From Pseudomonas aeruginosa PAO1 (lineage in GTDB: Bacteria > Pseudomonadota > Gammaproteobacteria > Pseudomonadales > Pseudomonadaceae): a stretch of DNA of 64,000 nt. Under the pieces are notes generated by a model, which was not told the DNA's origin, searched no databases, and saw only the letters and a program-made list of their open reading frames with translations. This document shows, piece by piece, positions 42,937 through 52,748 of the stretch. Every line of letters starts with the position of its first letter. Position 1 is the first letter of the stretch. The stretch lies in the NCBI RefSeq assembly GCF_000006765.1, contig NC_002516.2, one strand, 5' to 3'. The translations under genes and the position numbers were made by a program.

Positions 42937-44112
42937 ATGGACCTTCGCTTGCTGTTGCTATCCCTGACCACCTTCGCCGCCGGCCTGGCGGAAAGCATCC
43001 TGATCGGCATCCTGCCGCCCCTGGCCGAAGACCTGCGGGTCTCCATCAGCCTGGCCGGCCAGCTCACCACCCTGTTCTCCCTCGGCTTCGCCCTCGCCGC
43101 ACCGCTGCTCGGCTGGCTGACCCGGCGCATCGAACGCCGCCGCCTGCTGCTGGCGACCCTGCTGCTGTTCGCCCTCAGCAACGCGCTCGCCGCCCTCGCT
43201 CCGGGCTATCTCGGCCTGCTCCTGGCTCGCCTGGGAATGTCGGCCTGTTGCGGGCTGCTGATCGTCCTCGCCAGCCTGCTCGCCGCCGAGCTGGCCGCCC
43301 CGGCCCAGCGCGGCCGGGCGATCGGCCTGATCTTCATGGGCATCAGCGGTTCGCTGGTGTTCGGCGTGCCACTGGGCGTACAGATCAGCGACTGGTTCGG
43401 CTGGCGCTGGATCTTCGCCGGCATCGCGGTCTATTCGCTGCCCTTGTGCCTGCTGCTCTGGCGCTACCTGCCGCAACGCCAGGCCGGCGACCTGCCCGGC
43501 CGCGAAGGCTACCTGCGGCAGTTGCGCCAGCCCGCGCTGTGGCTCGCGCAACTGGTATCGATCCTGTTGCTCGGCGGGCACTTCACCCTGTTCGCCTATT
43601 TCACCCCGTACCTGGCGAGCATGGCCGGTATTCGCTCGCCCAGCGAGATCAGCCTGATCCTCCTGCTGATCGGCCTGGCAGCGCTGAGCGGCGGCTATAT
43701 CGGCGGCTGGCTGGCCGACCACCTCGGCCACCGGCGCGCCCTGCGTCTGGTGCCGGCGGCCTTCGCCCTGGCGCTGGCGGCGGTGCCGCTGAGCCTGGGC
43801 AGCATCGGGTTCCTGCCGGTACTGATGGTCTGGAGCGCGATCAGCTGGATGATCTCGCCGGTGGTGCAGAGCTTCCTGCTGCGCAGCGATCCGGCCAGCG
43901 GTTCCGCCGGCGTCGCCCTGAACACCTCGGCCATGCACCTGGGCGTGGGCCTCGGCGCGGCGCTGGGCGGCCTGGTGGTGGCGGCACTGGGAGTCGCCGC
44001 GACGCCCTGGGTCGGCCTCGCCCTGGTGCTGGCGGCGCTGGCCTGCGCGCTTGGCGCCAGCACGCTGGATGGCGCCACGCAAGCGCTGCCGTTCAGTCCC
44101 CCTGCACGGTGA
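42937..44112 (+). CDS. MFS transporter (PA3303-like)
   Basis: About 12 TMs; G..T.RIERRR motif A; GVPLG..I...FGWRW motif C. Confidence 0.88.
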   Translation: MDLRLLLLSLTTFAAGLAESILIGILPPLAEDLRVSISLAGQLTTLFSLGFALAAPLLGWLTRRIERRRLLLATLLLFALSNALAALAPGYLGLLLARLGMSACCGLLIVLASLLAAELAAPAQRGRAIGLIFMGISGSLVFGVPLGVQISDWFGWRWIFAGIAVYSLPLCLLLWRYLPQRQAGDLPGREGYLRQLRQPALWLAQLVSILLLGGHFTLFAYFTPYLASMAGIRSPSEISLILLLIGLAALSGGYIGGWLADHLGHRRALRLVPAAFALALAAVPLSLGSIGFLPVLMVWSAISWMISPVVQSFLLRSDPASGSAGVALNTSAMHLGVGLGAALGGLVVAALGVAATPWVGLALVLAALACALGASTLDGATQALPFSPPAR

Positions 44113-44950
44113 CGCTGGCGGTCATCCCGGCGCTCAGGTGGACATCCGCCGGCACCTGGTCGAGGCGGATGCGCACCGGAATACGCTGCGCCAGGCGCAC
44201 CCAGTTGAAGGTCGGCTCGACATTGGCCAGCAACTGGCCGTCCGGCGTCGAGTTGCGGTCGGTGATACCGCTGCTGATGCTCTCCACCGTGCCGTCGATC
44301 GGCTGATCGCCGCTCATCAGGCGGACCTGGGCGCGCATGCCGACGCGGATGCCGGGCAGCTTGGTTTCCTCGAAGTAGGCGACCACATAGAAGGACTGCT
44401 GGTCGACCAACGCCATCACCGCCTGGCCCGCCGTGGCGTAGTTGCCCTGGGCCAGGCGCAGGTTGGTTACCTGGCCGTTGCGCGCGGCGCGCAGCTCGCT
44501 GCGCTTGAGGTTGAGTTCGGCGATCTTCACCTGGGCCAGCGCCTCCTGGTACTCGCTGCGAGCGATGGCGGCATTGATCTGGGCGTTTTCCTTGTCCTCG
44601 GCGCTGATCGCGCCGATGCCCAGGCGGCTGCGCCGGGCCGCCTCGTTCTGGCGCAACAGGTATTGCTGGTGACGGGTCTCGGCGACGGCGCGGGCCTGCT
44701 CCAGGTTGGCCTGGTAGCGTTCCTGGTCGATGCGCATCAGCACGTCGCCGACCTTGACCACCTGGTTGTCCTTGACCTCCAGGTCGGTCACCCAGCCGGA
44801 CACGTCCGGCGCCACCACCACCACGTCGGCCCGCACCCGGGCATCGCGGGTCCAGGGCGAGAGCATGTAGTAGCGCCAGAGCCAGATGCCGGCGAGGACA
44901 GCGGCAGCGACCACCAGCAGGGTGACGACGACGCGAAGCGATGCACGCAT
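44093..44950 (-). CDS. HlyD/AaeA-family membrane fusion protein (PA3304)
   Basis: SPWTRDARVRA, VAPDVSG, FNWVRLAQRIPVRI. Confidence 0.92.
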   Translation of the reverse strand: MRASLRVVVTLLVVAAAVLAGIWLWRYYMLSPWTRDARVRADVVVVAPDVSGWVTDLEVKDNQVVKVGDVLMRIDQERYQANLEQARAVAETRHQQYLLRQNEAARRSRLGIGAISAEDKENAQINAAIARSEYQEALAQVKIAELNLKRSELRAARNGQVTNLRLAQGNYATAGQAVMALVDQQSFYVVAYFEETKLPGIRVGMRAQVRLMSGDQPIDGTVESISSGITDRNSTPDGQLLANVEPTFNWVRLAQRIPVRIRLDQVPADVHLSAGMTASVTVQGD

Positions 44951-44976
44951 GCGAATCTCCTTCTCGGGGCGACGAT

Positions 44977-45180
44977 TCAGGTCGTAGCCGCCCAGGTAAT
45001 GCCACTCAACATCAAAATGAACAGGGCGCAGTCGAACAGCGCCTCGTGCCAGACCCAGCGACGCAACGGCGTTTTCTGGATCAGCACCCGCAGCGCGGCG
45101 GTGGCCGCCAGCGCCAGCAGGGCATAGACGAACAGCGGGCTGAGGTAGACGCCGCCCCAGGCCGATTCATGCAGACTCAT
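44977..45180 (-). CDS. DUF1656/AaeX small membrane protein
   Basis: MSLHE...GGVYLSPL...WHEALFD; overlaps the FUSC 3' end. Confidence 0.85.
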   Translation of the reverse strand: MSLHESAWGGVYLSPLFVYALLALAATAALRVLIQKTPLRRWVWHEALFDCALFILMLSGITWAATT

Positions 45181-47161
45181 GGCTTTCCTCCTGATGGCAC
45201 CACTGCTGCCAGGTGAACAGCAGTTGCGCCAGGGCCGCGCGCGCCAGGCGGCTGGCTTCGTCGTCGTGGCGAGCGTCACGCTCCAGGGCTTCGCGCAACG
45301 GCAGGCTGATCCGCTCCAGGCGGTCACTGCGCGGACCCGCGGGACCGGCCTCAAGCAGTTCGCCCAGTTCCCCGAGGAAGCGGTCGCGCGCCTTGCGCAG
45401 GACGCCACGGGCGCCTTCCAGGCAGGCCCGCAGGTGGATCAGTTCGTTACCCAGGTCGAGCGCCAGGAGGCCATCGTCCCAACGCCGCCGCTCCTGCTCC
45501 GGCAACAGGTTGGCGTGCCGCGCCAGGCGCAACAGGCGGTCGGCCATGCGCCCGCCGAACCAGTTCTCCGCCTGCGCCAGCGGGCGCCGGGTGAGGCGGC
45601 CGAGATCGACGCAGGTGGCGTCCAGCAGGCGTCGGGTCAGCCAGCCCGGACGCAAGGTCAGCAAGCGGAAGATCACCACCGCGAAGCCGACTCCGATCAG
45701 CACGCCCTGGGCGGAATTCAGCAGGGTCGCGAGGTTGTAGTCCATCTGGTTGCGCGGCGCGACCAGGACGATGAAGTGGATCGCGAACGAGGTGGCGGTG
45801 CCGGCGGTAACCGGTACGGCCATGCCCAGGGTGGCGAAGAACAGCGGCACGCCCATCGCCAGGCAGAGCAGCGGGAAGCCATTCCACTGCGGCAGCAGCC
45901 ACTGGCTGACCAGCATCGCCGCCGGGATCGCGTAGACGATGCCGCGCAGGAAGCTCAGGCCGATGGCCACCGCGTTGTCGCGGTTGGCGAACAGGCTGCA
46001 CACCACCGCCGCCAGCAGCATCGCGCCGGACGCCGCCGGCCACGCGGTATAGATCCAGTAGACCGACAGCCCGAGCAACGCCAGGGCGCTACGCGTACCG
46101 TAGAACAGCGCCATCTGCAGGTCGCGGTGCCAGGACAGGGTACCGGCGCTGCCCACCCGCCCCTCGACTTCGCCGCTGGCCACCGCGCGCATGCCCTTCT
46201 CGGCATTCACCGCCTTGAGCAGCAGCACCGAGCAGCGGGTCAGCAGGTACCGCTGGTCGTTGCTCCACTGCGGCTCGACCGCGACCTGCGCCAACTCCTC
46301 GCGCAGCGCCTGCATCGACGCCGGATCGGTTCCTTCCAGGGCGCTGGCCAGCGCGGCCAGCCAGCGCTCCACCCGGCGCTCTTCCTCTTCGCTCAGCCGC
46401 GCCCGTTGCCGGGCCACGCCGCGCGCGGTGCGCAACAGGCTGAGCAGGTCGCGCGAGAGCAACGCCAGGGCGCCGGCCCGGCGCCGCCCGCGCTCGCCTT
46501 CGAACCAGGCATGGTCGCGCTGCGCATCGACCTCGACGATCTTGCTCAGCGCGTTGAGCAGCCCCTGCGGCTGCCGCTGGCGCGGGTCGATCTCGCCGCG
46601 CGCGGCCTGCATGCCCAGCAGCCAGGTGGCGTGGGCCTGCTTGTCGAGGTTCTGCTCGACCCGCTGCGGCCAGAGGATCGCACTGACCGCCGAGGCGCAG
46701 ATGATCCCCAGGCAGATCTCGGTACAACGCGCCACCGCCTGCTCGAAGACCAGCAGCGGCTGGTCCACCGCCGGCAGGCCAATGATCGCTACCGTATAGC
46801 CGGAAAGTACGAAGGCATAGGAAACGTGGTTGCGCAGGGAGGTCGAGGCCGCCGTGCAGAGCCCCAGCCAGAGCGAGATGGCCAGCAGGAACAACCAGGG
46901 CGCCTGGGCGAACAGCGCGATCATCAACACCGACATCGCGGTGCCGACCAGGGTGCCGAGCAGGCGGAACAAGCCCTTCGCCACCACCATGCCGGACAAC
47001 GGCTGGGACACGATCAGCACGGTCATCAGCGCCCATTGCGGCTGCTCCAGGTCGAAGCGAAAGGCGCACCACAACGCCAGGCCGCCGGCCAGGAGCGTCT
47101 TGATGGCGAACTTGAGCGCCAGCGTCGAGGGTGCCAGGAACGGCTTCCAGTGAATGGGCAC
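45167..47161 (-). CDS. FUSC/AaeB-family efflux permease (PA3305)
   Basis: FAIKTLLAG, PQWALMTVLIVSQP..G, K..FRLLGT, YAFVLSGYT. Confidence 0.92.
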   Translation of the reverse strand: MPIHWKPFLAPSTLALKFAIKTLLAGGLALWCAFRFDLEQPQWALMTVLIVSQPLSGMVVAKGLFRLLGTLVGTAMSVLMIALFAQAPWLFLLAISLWLGLCTAASTSLRNHVSYAFVLSGYTVAIIGLPAVDQPLLVFEQAVARCTEICLGIICASAVSAILWPQRVEQNLDKQAHATWLLGMQAARGEIDPRQRQPQGLLNALSKIVEVDAQRDHAWFEGERGRRRAGALALLSRDLLSLLRTARGVARQRARLSEEEERRVERWLAALASALEGTDPASMQALREELAQVAVEPQWSNDQRYLLTRCSVLLLKAVNAEKGMRAVASGEVEGRVGSAGTLSWHRDLQMALFYGTRSALALLGLSVYWIYTAWPAASGAMLLAAVVCSLFANRDNAVAIGLSFLRGIVYAIPAAMLVSQWLLPQWNGFPLLCLAMGVPLFFATLGMAVPVTAGTATSFAIHFIVLVAPRNQMDYNLATLLNSAQGVLIGVGFAVVIFRLLTLRPGWLTRRLLDATCVDLGRLTRRPLAQAENWFGGRMADRLLRLARHANLLPEQERRRWDDGLLALDLGNELIHLRACLEGARGVLRKARDRFLGELGELLEAGPAGPRSDRLERISLPLREALERDARHDDEASRLARAALAQLLFTWQQWCHQEESHESA

Positions 47162-47223
47162 AGGGTCTTCCGAAACGGGGTCTACATCAGCATAGATAGC
47201 CGGCGAACGCCGAGGCGATATGT

Positions 47224-47254
47224 GCAGCCTATATTATTAGGCTGCTAACAATAT
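47224..47254. promoter_or_regulatory. Two overlapping dyads upstream of the FUSC operon (MarR/SlyA-type operator candidate)
   Basis: GCAGCCTA-N6-TAGGCTGC (47224-45) and ATATTATTAG-GCTG-CTAACAATAT (47231-54), with a TTAG-N4-CTAA core. Confidence 0.5.
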
Positions 47255-47308
47255 CGTCCAGCGACATTCGTAGTATCCCGATCGCTGCGCCGGTGTTTTT
47301 CCAGGCGC

Positions 47309-47520
47309 AAAAAAAACGGGCGACCGAAGTCGCCCTAAGTGCCTTGCGTGCTCTGTGTATCCGGGAGGATCAGCCTTTGCGGCTATGGGAATCCTTCCAG
47401 ATGAAGTAACCGACCCCACCGAAGAAAGCGACCATGAGGCCTACTGTAAGAATCCCTGCGAGAACCACTTCGTCGATGAACATGTTGATGGCCTCCAGTT
47501 GCCGGTTGGGTGTTGCTCGA
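47309..47520 (-). ncRNA. phrS: PhrS dual-function sRNA (activator of pqsR)
   Basis: Recognised sequence; internal 37-aa ORF; terminator GGGCGAC-TTCG-GTCGCCC-G-T8; upstream ANR box. The 5' end is approximate. Confidence 0.92.
47370..47483 (-). CDS. 37-aa membrane peptide encoded within PhrS
   Basis: MFIDEVVLAGILTVGLMVAFFGGVGYFIWKDSHSRKG with a GGAGG RBS. Confidence 0.85.
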   Translation of the reverse strand: MFIDEVVLAGILTVGLMVAFFGGVGYFIWKDSHSRKG

Positions 47521-47554
47521 TGGGCTCAGATTAGCGAGGCGCGGCGGCACAATA

Positions 47555-47568
47555 TTGACCTGGATCAA
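47555..47568. promoter_or_regulatory. ANR (FNR-type) box of phrS, proximal
   Basis: TTGAC-CTGG-ATCAA (9/10 match to TTGAT-N4-ATCAA). Confidence 0.85.
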
Positions 47569-47604
47569 TCGCCCGGACGGGCTTTTTCGGCCAGGTGCAT
47601 GACA

Positions 47605-47618
47605 CTGACCCAGGTCAA
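47605..47618. promoter_or_regulatory. Second, distal ANR-like box of phrS
   Basis: CTGAC-CCAG-GTCAA, exactly 50 bp from the proximal box. Confidence 0.5.
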
Positions 47619-47731
47619 GTTTCGCAGGAGGGAGAATGCGGTCGGACGCCGCAGATAACCGGGAAAAACCTGCCCGATCGCCGCACGTTGCCCGCAGGAA
47701 TGCGCCGCCGGCGAACGCGGCGGCGGAGGCT

Positions 47732-47893
47732 TCAGCGCTTCTTCGGCTTGCCTTTCGGCTTCTTCCGCGGCTTGCCCAGCGGCAACACCTGTTCGAAGGC
47801 CTTGCGGACCTCCTGCAGGCGCTTCTCGTGCACGTCGTGGATGCGCTTGTCGCGCTCGGCGCTGAGGTCGATCACCTTGTCGTCGTCGTTCAT
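47732..47893 (-). CDS. 53-aa small protein with basic C-terminus, coupled to alkB
   Basis: MNDDDKVIDLSAERDKR...GKPRKKPKGKPKKR; ATGA overlap with the alkB-like stop. Confidence 0.65.
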   Translation of the reverse strand: MNDDDKVIDLSAERDKRIHDVHEKRLQEVRKAFEQVLPLGKPRKKPKGKPKKR

Positions 47894-48492
47894 GGCTGGG
47901 GGTACACCAGGCGGAAGGTCAGGTTCAAACGGGGCATGCAGGAGCGGCGGGTCTTCGCCACCTGATGTTGCCAATGATGCTGGGTTGCGCCGCGCATGAC
48001 CAGCAGGCTGCCATGGGTCAGTTCCAGAGAGTGGGCGATGCGGGTCTGGCCCTTGCGCCGCAGGTCGAAGCGGCGGCTGCCGCCGAGACTGAGCGAGGCG
48101 ACCAGCGGATCGCGGCGCAGCTCTGGCTCGTCGTCGCTGTGCCAGCCCATAGAGTCCTGGCCGTCGCGGTAGTAGTTCAGCAGCACGCCGTTGACCCGCT
48201 GGCCGACCTCGCGCTCCACGCGCTCGCGGATCTCGCCGAGCAACGCGGTCCATGGCAGCGGCCGGTGGACCTGGCCGGAATAACGGTAGGCGGCGTCAGG
48301 GTCGCCGTACCAGGCCACCAGGCGCGGGGTCGGATGCTCCTCGCCATGGATGCGCAGGATCGGCTGTTCCCAGGGCGTTTCCTGTTCCAGGCGCAACAGC
48401 CAGGCGCTCGCCAGCGGCGCATCCAGCCAATGCGGGAGATAGCGCAGGTCGGCGTCCGGCAGGGTCAGGGGTGCGTCGGCGAACAGGTCCAT
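47890..48492 (-). CDS. AlkB-like 2OG-Fe(II) dioxygenase (ALKBH2/3 type; PA3306)
   Basis: LLNYYRDG.DSMGWHSD (HxD), WQHQV, RLNLTFR. Confidence 0.9.
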   Translation of the reverse strand: MDLFADAPLTLPDADLRYLPHWLDAPLASAWLLRLEQETPWEQPILRIHGEEHPTPRLVAWYGDPDAAYRYSGQVHRPLPWTALLGEIRERVEREVGQRVNGVLLNYYRDGQDSMGWHSDDEPELRRDPLVASLSLGGSRRFDLRRKGQTRIAHSLELTHGSLLVMRGATQHHWQHQVAKTRRSCMPRLNLTFRLVYPQP

Positions 48493-48545
48493 GGGCCGCA
48501 GGTTACTACGCCGCAAGGCCGCTGCTGAAGCCTGGAAAACCAGGG

Positions 48546-48854
48546 TTACACTTCGATGTCGATCAATTGTCCCTTGCGCGGCAGCTCGTCCGCCTGGGCG
48601 CTCTCCCCCGCCTCGTCAGCCGGCGCCTCGTCCCCCTCGTCGCTCCGCGCGTGCGCCTCGCCGCCCTGGCGGCGCTGGCGACGGCGGTATTCCTCTTCCA
48701 GCCAGCTTTCCTCGTCGCGCTCCTGGCGCAAGGCGACGCCATCGCTGCCCGCGCCAGCCTGGGTCGGCGCGACCGGCGGCGTGGCCGGACGGGGCTTGGG
48801 CGGGTCCTGCTGGACGGTGACCGGGATCAGGCCCTGGGGGATCGGCGGAAGCAT
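48546..48854 (-). CDS. Hypothetical acidic protein (PA3307-like)
   Basis: GAGAGG RBS; MLPPIP...RKGQLIDIEV. Confidence 0.7.
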   Translation of the reverse strand: MLPPIPQGLIPVTVQQDPPKPRPATPPVAPTQAGAGSDGVALRQERDEESWLEEEYRRRQRRQGGEAHARSDEGDEAPADEAGESAQADELPRKGQLIDIEV

Positions 48855-49095
48855 GCAGGCAACCTCTCTGGGTAGTGCCGCGTCATGGGTTCTCGCAGCG
48901 TGCCGGTTTGCGGCGTTCTTCTACAAGGGTTATCGGTCGACCCGCCGCTCGACTTGAGAACCAGCCGCCAGGCGGTCGCTCCCGTACCGACGGACGGCTC
49001 TCCGACGAAGCCGTGGCGCAACACGCAATCCATCGCCAAGCGTCGCTCAACGCCACGCGTTGCGGTACCATACCCGGCTTTTTTGGGAGGTGGAC

Positions 49096-51942
49096 ATGGC
49101 GCAGTATCAACCGGGGCAACGCTGGATCAGCGACAGTGAAGCGGAATTGGGCCTGGGGACCATCCTGGCCCAGGATGGCCGCCTGCTCACCGTGCTCTAT
49201 CCGGCGACCGGCGATACCCGCCAATACGCCTTGCGCAATGCGCCGCTGACCCGCGTGCGCTTCGCCCCCGGCGATGAAGTGACGCACTTCGAAGGCTGGA
49301 AGATGACCGTTCGCGAGGTCGAGGAAAGCGAAGGCCTATTGGTGTACCACGGCCTCACCGCGCAGAACGAGCAGCGCACCCTGCCGGAAACCCAGCTCTC
49401 CAACTTCATCCAGTTCCGCCTCGCCAGCGACCGTCTGTTCGCCGGACAGATCGATCCCCTGCCCTGGTTCTCCCTGCGCTACCACACTCTCGAACGCCGC
49501 AGCCAACTGCTCCAGTCCTCGCTCTGGGGCCTCGGCGGCGCCCGCGCCCAGCCGATCGCCCACCAGTTGCACATCGCCCGCGAAGTCGCCGACCGCATGG
49601 CGCCGCGCGTCCTGCTGGCCGACGAAGTGGGCCTGGGCAAGACCATCGAGGCCGGCCTGATCATCCATCGCCAGTTGCTCTCCGGCCGCGCCGGGCGGGT
49701 GCTGATCCTGGTCCCGGAAAACCTCCAGCACCAGTGGCTGGTGGAGATGCGCCGGCGCTTCAACCTGCAGGTGGCCCTGTTCGACAAGGAGCGCTTCGCC
49801 GAAAGCGATGCCAGCAATCCCTTCGAGGACACCCAGTTGGCCCTGGTCGCCCTGGAGTGGCTGAAGGAAGACGAACGCGCCCAGGACGCCCTGTTCGCCG
49901 CCGGCTGGGACCTGCTGGTGGTCGACGAAGCCCACCACCTGGTCTGGCACCAGGACCAGGTCAGCGCCGAATACGCGCTGGTCGAGCAACTGGCGGAGAT
50001 CATTCCCGGCGTCCTGTTGCTCACCGCGACCCCGGAGCAACTCGGCCAGGACAGCCACTTCGCGCGCCTGCGCCTGCTCGATCCGAATCGTTTCCACGAC
50101 CTCGAAGCGTTCCGCCGGGAGAGCGAGCAATATCGTCCGGTCGCCGAAGCGGTGCAGGAACTGCTCGACCACGGCAGTCTTTCCGCCGGCGCGCGCAAGG
50201 CCATCCACGGCTTCCTCGGCAGCGAGGGCGACGAGCTGCTGGCCAGCGTCGAGGGCGGCGATGAAGAAGCTCGCTCGCGCCTGGTCCGCGAGCTGCTCGA
50301 CCGCCACGGCACCGGTCGCGTGCTGTTCCGCAACACCCGTGCCGCCGTGCAGGGCTTCCCCCAGCGCGAACTGCACGCCTATCCGTTGCCGATGCCGAGC
50401 CAGTACGAGGAATTGCCGGCCGGCGAACACCCGGACCTGTATCCGGAAGTGAATTTCCAGCAGCAGTGGGAAGACGGCGACGACAACAACCGCTGGTGGC
50501 GCTTCGACCCGCGCGTCGAGTGGCTGATCGATACCCTGAAGATGCTCAAGCAGTTCAAGGTCCTGGTCATCTGTGCCCACGCCGAGACGGCCCTCGACCT
50601 GGAAGACGCCCTGCGCCTGCGTTCGGGCATCTCCGCCACGGTGTTCCACGAAGGCATGAGCATTCTCGAGCGCGACCGCGCCGCCGCCTACTTCGCCGAC
50701 GAAGAGTTCGGCGCCCAGGTGCTGATCTGCTCGGAAATCGGCAGCGAAGGCCGCAACTTCCAGTTCGCCCACCATCTGGTGCTGTTCGACCTGCCGGCCC
50801 ACCCGGACCTGCTCGAGCAGCGCATCGGCCGCCTCGACCGGATCGGCCAGCGACACACCATCCAGTTGCACGTACCGCACCTGGAGAACAGCGCCCAGCA
50901 GCGCCTGTTCCAGTGGTATCACCAGGCGCTGAACGCCTTCCTCAATACCTGCCCCACCGGCAACGCCCTGCAACACGAGTTCGGCCCGCGCCTGCTGCCG
51001 CTGCTCGACGGCGGCGAGGACAAGGCCTGGGACGCGCTGCTCGCCGAAGGCCGCGCCCGTCGCGAAGCCCTCGAAGCGGAGCTGCACAGCGGTCGCGACC
51101 GCCTGCTGGAGCTGAACTCCGGCGGCGCCGGCGAAGGCGAGGCGCTGGTGGAGGCCATCGAGGAACAGGACGACGACTTCGCCCTGCCGATCTACATGGA
51201 GCGCCTGTTCGACGCCTACGGCATCCACAGCGAAGACCATTCGGAAAATGCCCTGATCCTCAAGCCAAGCGAGAAGATGCTCGACGCCGGCTTCCCCCTC
51301 GGCGACGACGAAGGCGTGACCATCACCTACGACCGTGCCCAGGCGCTGGCCCGCGAGGACATGCAGTTCCTCACCTGGGAACATCCGATGGTTCAGGGCG
51401 GCATGGACCTGGTGCTGTCCGGCTCGATGGGCAACACCTCGGTGGCGCTGATCAAGAACAAGGCGCTGAAGCCCGGCACCGTGCTGCTCGAACTCCTGTT
51501 CGTCAGCGAAGCCGTGGCACCGCGCGCCCTCCAGCTCGGCCGCTGGCTGCCGCCGCAGGCCCTGCGCTGCCTGCTCGACGCCAACGGCAACGACCTGGCC
51601 GGCCGGGTGTCCCTGGAAACCCTCAACGACCAGCTGGAAAGCGTGCCACGGGTCAGCGCCAACAAGTTCGTCCAGGCCCAGCGCGATGTGCTGGCCAAGC
51701 AGTTCGACGTGGCCGAGGGCAAGATCGTCCCGCGCCACGAGGAACGCGTGGCCAGGGCCAAGCAGCAGTTCGCCGCCGCCATGGACGAGGAACTGGCGCG
51801 CCTGACCGCGCTCAAGGCGGTCAACCCGAGCGTCCGCGACAGCGAGCTGGACAGCCTGCGCACCCAGCGCGAGGAAGGCCTGGCCCTGCTCGACAAGGCC
51901 TCCCTGCGCCTCGAGGCGATCCGCATCCTGGTCGCCGGCTGA
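49096..51942 (+). CDS. rapA: RNA polymerase-associated SWI2/SNF2 ATPase RapA (HepA)
   Basis: [46 protein letters not shown]; GGAGG RBS. Confidence 0.96.
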
Positions 51943-51967
51943 CGCCCGGCAACGGCTGCGCGAAACG

Positions 51968-52004
51968 AGAAGCCATGGGCATCCCCCATGGCTTCTTTCA
52001 TTTC
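51968..52004 (+). terminator. Terminator after rapA
   Basis: AGAAGCCATGGG/CCCATGGCTTCT followed by a T-rich tail. Confidence 0.75.
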
Positions 52005-52125
52005 ATTTCCAGCGAAGGCCGCAACGGCGAATGGCCGCGCGGCGACCGTTCGCCCCGTTCCCCGGCCCCCGCCGGGCCGCGAGCCGGGCGTCGCAGCGGA
52101 ATCGCGACGGTCGCCCTGCGACTTA

Positions 52126-52139
52126 TTGACCTCCGGCAA
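52126..52139. promoter_or_regulatory. ANR-like box of uspK
   Basis: TTGAC-CTCC-GGCAA; PA3309 is a known Anr-dependent gene. Confidence 0.6.
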
Positions 52140-52224
52140 AGGTCCGCCGGCCGCGAGGGTCTACAGTGTCCTTGAAGTTTCAAGAACGCCCGGCGGGCGG
52201 ACACTCACTCTGGAGGGACACCTT

Positions 52225-52680
52225 ATGTACGATCGCATTCTGGTAGCCGTGGACGGCAGCCCGGTCTCCGACCGCGCCCTGGAAGAGGCCATCAAGCTGG
52301 CCGGCCTCAGCGGCGGCAAGCTGCGCGTCATCACCATCGTCGACAGCCCGCTGCGCCACCTTCCCGACTACGCGGTGTACTACAACCCCGAGCCGCTGCG
52401 CGAAGCCGCGCTGAAAGCCGCCGATGACGTCCTGGCCAAGGCCCGCGAGAAGGTCGAGGCGAGCAACGTCGAAGGCGCCACCTTCGATCGCGTCTGCCAG
52501 GAGCGCGCCAGCGAGGAAATCGCCGAGCGCATCGAGCTCGAGGCCCAGGCCAGCGATGCCGACGTGGTGGTCATGGGCACCCATGGTCGTCGCGGCATGC
52601 GCCGCCTGATGCTCGGCAGCGTGGCGGAAGGCCTGATCCGCGTGGCTTCGCGTCCGGTCCTGCTGGTCCGCGACAAATAA
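52225..52680 (+). CDS. uspK: Universal stress protein UspK (PA3309)
   Basis: MYDRILVAVDGS...DVVVMGTHGRRG...LGSVAE. Confidence 0.9.
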   Translation: MYDRILVAVDGSPVSDRALEEAIKLAGLSGGKLRVITIVDSPLRHLPDYAVYYNPEPLREAALKAADDVLAKAREKVEASNVEGATFDRVCQERASEEIAERIELEAQASDADVVVMGTHGRRGMRRLMLGSVAEGLIRVASRPVLLVRDK

Positions 52681-52694
52681 GGCGAAAGCCGACG

Positions 52695-52735
52695 AAAAAG
52701 GCCGTGGGGGGAATCCTCCACGGCCTTTTTTCTTT
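52695..52735. terminator. Bidirectional terminator between uspK and the pEtN transferase gene
   Basis: AAAAAGGCCGTGG...CCACGGCCTTTTTT. Confidence 0.85.
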
Positions 52736-52748
52736 CAGCCCCCGTCGC

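Noticed and set aside
44093-44112. 20-nt convergent overlap of the MFS and HlyD genes as an antisense system
   Set aside because: Short 3' overlaps of convergent genes are common, and there is no other evidence.
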